From Phoronis australis (Eukaryota; Animalia; Phoronida), in assembly GCA_002633005.1 (NCBI GenBank), contig NMRA01000007.1, positions 2,131,839 to 2,195,838 on the forward strand: 64,000 nt of DNA, given 5' to 3'. This document shows, one piece after another, positions 59,095 through 64,000 of the stretch. The position numbers and the translations under genes are program-made. Under the pieces are notes generated by a model. It ran no database searches and was not told the DNA's origin. It was given only the letters and a program-made list of their open reading frames with translations. Position 1 is the first letter of the stretch, and every line of letters starts with the position of its first letter.

Positions 59095-61590
59095 ACGGCG
59101 ACATATTGCAGATGATATTGCTTTGATAGCCAATAATCTGAGTGAAATGAAGAATATGCTGAATGTGTTAAGTACCTGGCACAGTAAGTGGAGACTTGAA
59201 TGTTGAGAAAGCAAATATTGTGCAATTTAAAAAGCCAAGTATTCCTTGCTCACAACCTATTTTCAAATGTGGTAATTTGACAATTCGTGTGAAAGATAAG
59301 TACAAATATCTTCATTTGGTCTACGTCATAGTGAACACTTAGATCGAAATGTTATGTCTAATGCTTTTACTCGGATAGCAAATAGGGCTTTAAGCCTGCT
59401 AATTGCCAAGCACAAAATTTCCGTGGATATGCCTTAAAAGGTATTCTCTACACTATTTTAAGCTTTAGTACAGCCAATTCTTGATTATACCTGTCCTACA
59501 TGGGGTCATCTCAGCTACAGTCATGTTAACGCAGTCTATCACAGAGCACACAGCTTTTTCATAGGAGTGTCAAAGACAAGTCCCAATGCTGCTGTGTTGG
59601 GGGACATGGGTTGGAAGACTCCTGGCCATAGGTAGTGCTTTAGTATAATTCGGTTTTGGTGCAGGCTCGTTAACATGCCTAGGTCCAGACTGCCGAGAAA
59701 AATTTTTGAGTGGCACTGCGAATTGTCATTGAATGTTACAAATTGGTGCCATAGTATTAGTATTTGTCTCAGGGAGAATCATTGAATGGTTTACTGAATG
59801 TAGGAACACCACTCAACTGGACTCAATGCAGGGTCATGATAGATGAAACTAGAAAGATTATTGTCACGGCGTGACAATAACGCCGGGACTCTGCGCGTGC
59901 GTATTATTGAATTTATTATGGGAAGTTACTGACAGCAACCCGTTTACCAATATGAAAAGGAATTCTTTAAAATTGTAGGAGAAGTTACATATTAATTTTT
60001 TGATGACCTTTCCACTAATTGACCTCTTCCGGTGCATTATGAGCCCCGATGAGGGAGTAATTGTTAACTCGATTAAAAGTGTGGTTAATGCTAATAATCA
60101 CCGATGTTTTACTTTAAGCACTTCAGAATACAAAATGAAGTGGTCAAACTTTCAGAAGAAAAATGCACCTAATGACCCAATAGGTGCACCAAATGACCTG
60201 AAAATTTAGAATTCAAACTCAATCGTACTTAGTAAACAGATACGTAATTCTCAAGTCTCTAGCTCAAAATTTTAGTTTGCACTCAATGACCTTTGAGTTA
60301 TTTTTTCTGATTGGTTAGGCCTATTGCGAAGTAAAGTAGGGTATTCAATTGGCATGTTGACTTACACCAGTGTGCTGAAATCGAAAAGAATTCCTTGAAA
60401 AACGTAAGAGATATAACATTTTGAATGTTACATGACCTTTGCACTAATTGACCTTATCCGGTGCATTTTAAGCATCTTTAGGAGAATTATTGCAAAGCCC
60501 ATGGAAAATGTGTTTAACGCTGAGAATCATAGTTGTCGACGATTGACACATCAGAATACTTGCCGATTGAAAAGATCAAATTTTCAGAAGAAAAATGCAC
60601 CTAATGACCCCATGTTTGCACTAAAAGACCCGAAACTTTTGGATTCCGATTTCATTTACCTGTGGCAATCAGACCTGTCAATTTGAAGTGTCTAGCTCAA
60701 AATTTTAGTTTGCACCCAATGACCGTTGACCTATTTCACCTGATTGGATGACCCGATTACTTAGAAAAGTAATTTTTTAAATTGTCATGTTGACTTATAC
60801 CTGTGCACCGAATTTGAAAAAGATAGCTTTAAAATTGAAGGAGTAGCATTTTGAAAATTATACGACCTTTGCACCAAACAACCTCTTCCGGTGCAATATG
60901 GAATATGATTAAATAAACAATCAAAATTTATATACTGTCAAAAGTCATATGCTGAATTTAAAGACCGTACCTGCACCCAATTTGGAGTTATTAAGCCTCA
61001 AAGTTGGTCGGAAGAAGAATAAGAAGAATAAGAATAAGAATAAGAACAAAATTGAAGAAAACCCAGGAACAACAGTACTCTGCGCTTACACGCGCAGAGT
61101 AATCCTTGTTGCAAATGAACAGATGCTGTGGTTGAGCAAGGTCAGAAATGAGCAGGATATAAGACCGGGGTCAGGAAATAAACTAAGGCTATACAGAAAT
61201 TTCAAGTCAACTCTGGGTCTTGAACCATATGTTCTAACCCTGAGCTGCAGGGAACGAAGGGTTCTGGCTGCTTTCAGGTCAAGTGCTGCCTCCACTGGGG
61301 GTTGAGCTGAGAGATATTGAGATAGTGTGGCCTGATGTACAAAGACAGAATCTGTAACCAGTGCCAATGTGGGGTAGTTGAAGACGAACTTCATGTTTTG
61401 TTACAGCGTTCAGCTGACCTTGACCTTAGATAAGATTCGTTTAATCGATTAACTGTCAATCTTACATCTTTGAATGATCAGTTTTTCTCCCTGATGTGTT
61501 CTGATAATGCGAGAGATTTACTATTGATTGCCAGGACCTGCCTTTTAATTTTAGAAAAAAGGGGTAATACCATTGTGGACTAATGCTCAT
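59095..61590 (+). mobile_element. Decayed, 5'-truncated CR1/L2-group LINE (RT C-terminal half plus CCHC tail), interrupted at 59858-61103
   Basis: IADDIALIA...LSTWHSKWRL, KYKYL, QPILDYTCPTWG, IGVSKTSPNAAVLGDMGW. After the insertion the frame resumes: NKLRLYRNFK...EPYVL...RRVLAAFRS, C..C...VEDELH. Several stops and frameshifts. Confidence 0.88.
59858..61103 (-). mobile_element. Intact DINE-1/Helentron-type non-autonomous element (family B) with ~430-bp internal tandem repeats
   Basis: On the minus strand: 5' subTIR actctgcgcgtg with an adjacent short IR, a (ttctta)n microsatellite, a core with repeats at 60004/60433/60863, a 3' subTIR cacgcgcagagt and a perfect terminal hairpin ttattgtcacg-c-cgtgacaataa. 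Removing it restores the LINE reading ...ETRKI|LVANEQ. Confidence 0.85.
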
Positions 61591-62397
61591 AAAAAGTTGT
61601 TTTTATGATTTGTGGTTTATAATCTGATCCTGCTTTTTATAATGTGTATAACCGTACCTACGATAAGAGAACTTATAATCTTATCCCTTATCGCAAAGTT
61701 TTACGAGATATTGCTAGGTTTATATAGCACCTGCACGCTCCTCAGAGCTATCGTCTGTGCCTCAGCTCACACTGTCGGAACGGGAAAGAGCAGCAGCAAC
61801 GATAAATATAGCTCATTGAGCAAGTAAGTAAAATGTTTATTTTAAATTGGTAAGGGAATATAGGCCTACAACAAAACATTTATTTAGCACAGGTGCAACC
61901 TTAAACAGAGGTGTACTTGTACTTTGAAAATATCGACTTCAGCGCACTCAACCGCAACTTCCCACACGCAGTCACGGGTATTTAAGCTTTTCCGTCCATG
62001 TATAGATGGCGCAGTAGTCAAGTACTCCCTCATTTGCATATCAAATTTGCATGTGGGTGTTCTGAGACTCTCGTCAGTTGTTGGTTGAGCCCTTGAGTGA
62101 ATAAAGCGGTGACCTCCCGCTGAGAGCACGCGCTGATGAAGATATCACAGCGAACTCGATCGCTTCGCAATCAGGAGGTGAAAGCACTCTCATGACCGCA
62201 GTTTTGAATTCCAGCTAAGCAAGCCCTATTTCGAGGAGTGGACTTTGAATTGTTTTCGTCCCCTGACAGTGGATTGCAGAGAAGACTAGAAAGAGGTCAA
62301 CATCGAACTTTCTGCGGCTACCTATAGTGTTGACAAAAGTTTGAAGTGTCAGAACTACAGACGGAGCGCGCGGGTTGTCTATGATTCCTGTTCTTCT

Positions 62398-63270
62398 TCA
62401 GTTGACAAAAACATTGCTATCGGCATAAAAAATGACCGTGGGAAATTCATTTTGAGGTAGATACCTGTATCCAATAATAAATATTAATACCCTGTAATAT
62501 CTCACCCTCCGCGTTTCGTGTCTTTGACGTTGTTTGAGTATTGCGGTATCGTGAAACAACGCCGTCGGGTGAAAGAAGTGGCACCGAATAATTGGAATTG
62601 GCTGCAGTTCTTCCTTTAGAATGCCCGGACTCAACTGTGCCGTTTTCTTGGCAAGTCTCTTGCCTGCCGAAATGTTTTCTGAGCATTGAAGACATCGGCC
62701 TTCTCCTGCACTAAACAACCTTTTGTCTACTACAGAAATGTTATACCGAATTTTCTACCATTTTAGCACACTTTGTGGCTCTGCTACAATTAGCAATGCC
62801 ATAATCGTATTTCTCAATTCCGCCACAGTATGCATACTTGGAAGTTAGTTTTGCTAAGTGTTTTTCCAAATGAAGCCACAACAGTTGTTCATCATTAAAT
62901 GCCTCAAATTCCTCGGCGCCATGGACATTTCCGTCAACACAAAACGCACCCTTGCCATTCTTAAAAATTCGTGTATATGTGCTATAATTGCTTCGAAGGA
63001 CCGGCAGTAACCGTGGCTGGAATGTCGGCAGCTTCTTGACTAAGTCTACAACTAACTCCTGTTGAAATTCTCCATACTTCAAAATTCTTGTTTGCAGGTG
63101 CTGGTGATTGCCATTCAATGGTTTTCATAATAAGAGACTAGAAATCCGAGTTGTCACACGCCCACTGGCCTGGTGCTGCCTTACATTTTCACTGGCCTCC
63201 TTACTATAGTCGACTTGCGCAATAGACGAATTAGTGTCCACATTTGTGGTCACTTGCCGGGTACAGGCCC
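62398..63270 (-). pseudogene. Intronless decayed ORF tract inside a ULK4 intron, unassigned (possibly TE- or virus-derived)
   Basis: Consecutive 125-aa and 106-aa ORFs in different frames, preceded by ~50 open codons after one stop. Composition is protein-like, but I recognise no family. Confidence 0.3.
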
Positions 63271-64000
63271 ATGAGACAAGTTGCAGCAACAAATTCAGCA
63301 CGAATCCATAAACCTTTTTACACCCACAATTAAATGCGCAAAAATGCTCCTGTATTTCTTAAACCTTAATCTAATGCTCAAGCTATACAACGAGTGCGTG
63401 TTGAAACACAACATTGACCTTGGACCAAAGATGGACTCCTTGCATCAGGACCTTAGTAAGCGGGGGGAGGGCGAGTCCAAACCCCCAAAAAATTGCATGC
63501 CTCAGGGTCAAACCATGGCAACCGACAAAGGTGTGGGACTGGGGAAGGACAAAAAAGAAAGACTTCGAATACTGATCAGAGAGAAAATTCACGAGAACAT
63601 TGACAACTCGGTATCAGTGTATGGTTTACCATTTGAGGGCCCTAGTGTCCAGGACAATTGTTGTTAGGGTCTCCATTTTTGCAGCATAGGTTGTCTAAGC
63701 GCCCTTGAAAATGTGCACTTAATCATTCATACATGTATTTCGAAAATTCAAGAAAACTTGTAAAGCAACAGTTTTGCGGAGCGTATTAATCCAGTCCAAG
63801 TTTTTCAGTGGTCCATAGGTGGTGCACTACGGGGGGGCTGAGAGGGCTTTAGCTCCCACTTTTTTCAGTACTGCGCCCTCTATACACCTCCGGCATGACT
63901 GCCAACTACTCACGAGGGGGACTGAGTTGAGATTCCAAATTCATCAAAAACACAAAACATTCGTGCACAGCACAGAAGCTGTCTTGTAAGAAATGGCGAT

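Noticed and set aside
62133-62192. Hammerhead ribozyme (CTGATGA…GAAA) or SECIS (ATGA…AA…GA)
   Set aside because: No stem I with an NUH site can be formed. The SECIS helix II would have several mismatches, and there is no selenoprotein 3'UTR context.
57647-64000. Further ULK4 kinase-domain exons
   Set aside because: None recognised; the interval is filled with TEs, so the next exon probably lies beyond the window.

Overview
This is AT-rich, intron-containing animal genomic DNA, probably from a marine invertebrate bilaterian, and it comes from a heterozygous draft assembly (N-gap 5262-5482, single-N joins at 3510 and 46015). It is not prokaryotic. Protein-coding content I can reconstruct by hand: (1) a minus-strand ULK4 orthologue with 23 phase-compatible exons between 57646 and the stop at 32555, covering the end of the kinase domain and the whole ARM/HEAT-repeat C-terminus, with the rest of the kinase domain upstream of the window; (2) a convergent plus-strand 6-exon leucine-rich-repeat gene (20879-27362) with an LRRNT-like cap, LRRs, an LRRCT and a GPI-type hydrophobic tail; (3) a probable CEBPZ/Noc1 first coding exon (minus, 6043-6144); (4) an unassigned 95-aa two-transmembrane ORF (plus, 2070-2357). 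The rest is rich in mobile DNA: a LOA/I-type RNase H retrotransposon 3' end, a decayed CR1/L2-group LINE split by a DINE-1/Helentron-type element, a second Helentron-type family whose internal repeats carry CTCF-like motifs, a foldback element with an 8-bp TSD, a Kolobok-like derivative that keeps a THAP start, and MITEs with 5-bp or TA TSDs. Two tandem 'duplications' sit on N joins and look like allelic haplotypes. I found no CRISPR array, rRNA or tRNA. I found no clearly novel system; the best leads are the CTCF-motif-bearing Helentron family, the GPI-anchored LRR protein, the orphan membrane ORF and a pseudoknot-capable element near 62.1 kb. Most short ORFs in the supplied track are spurious.
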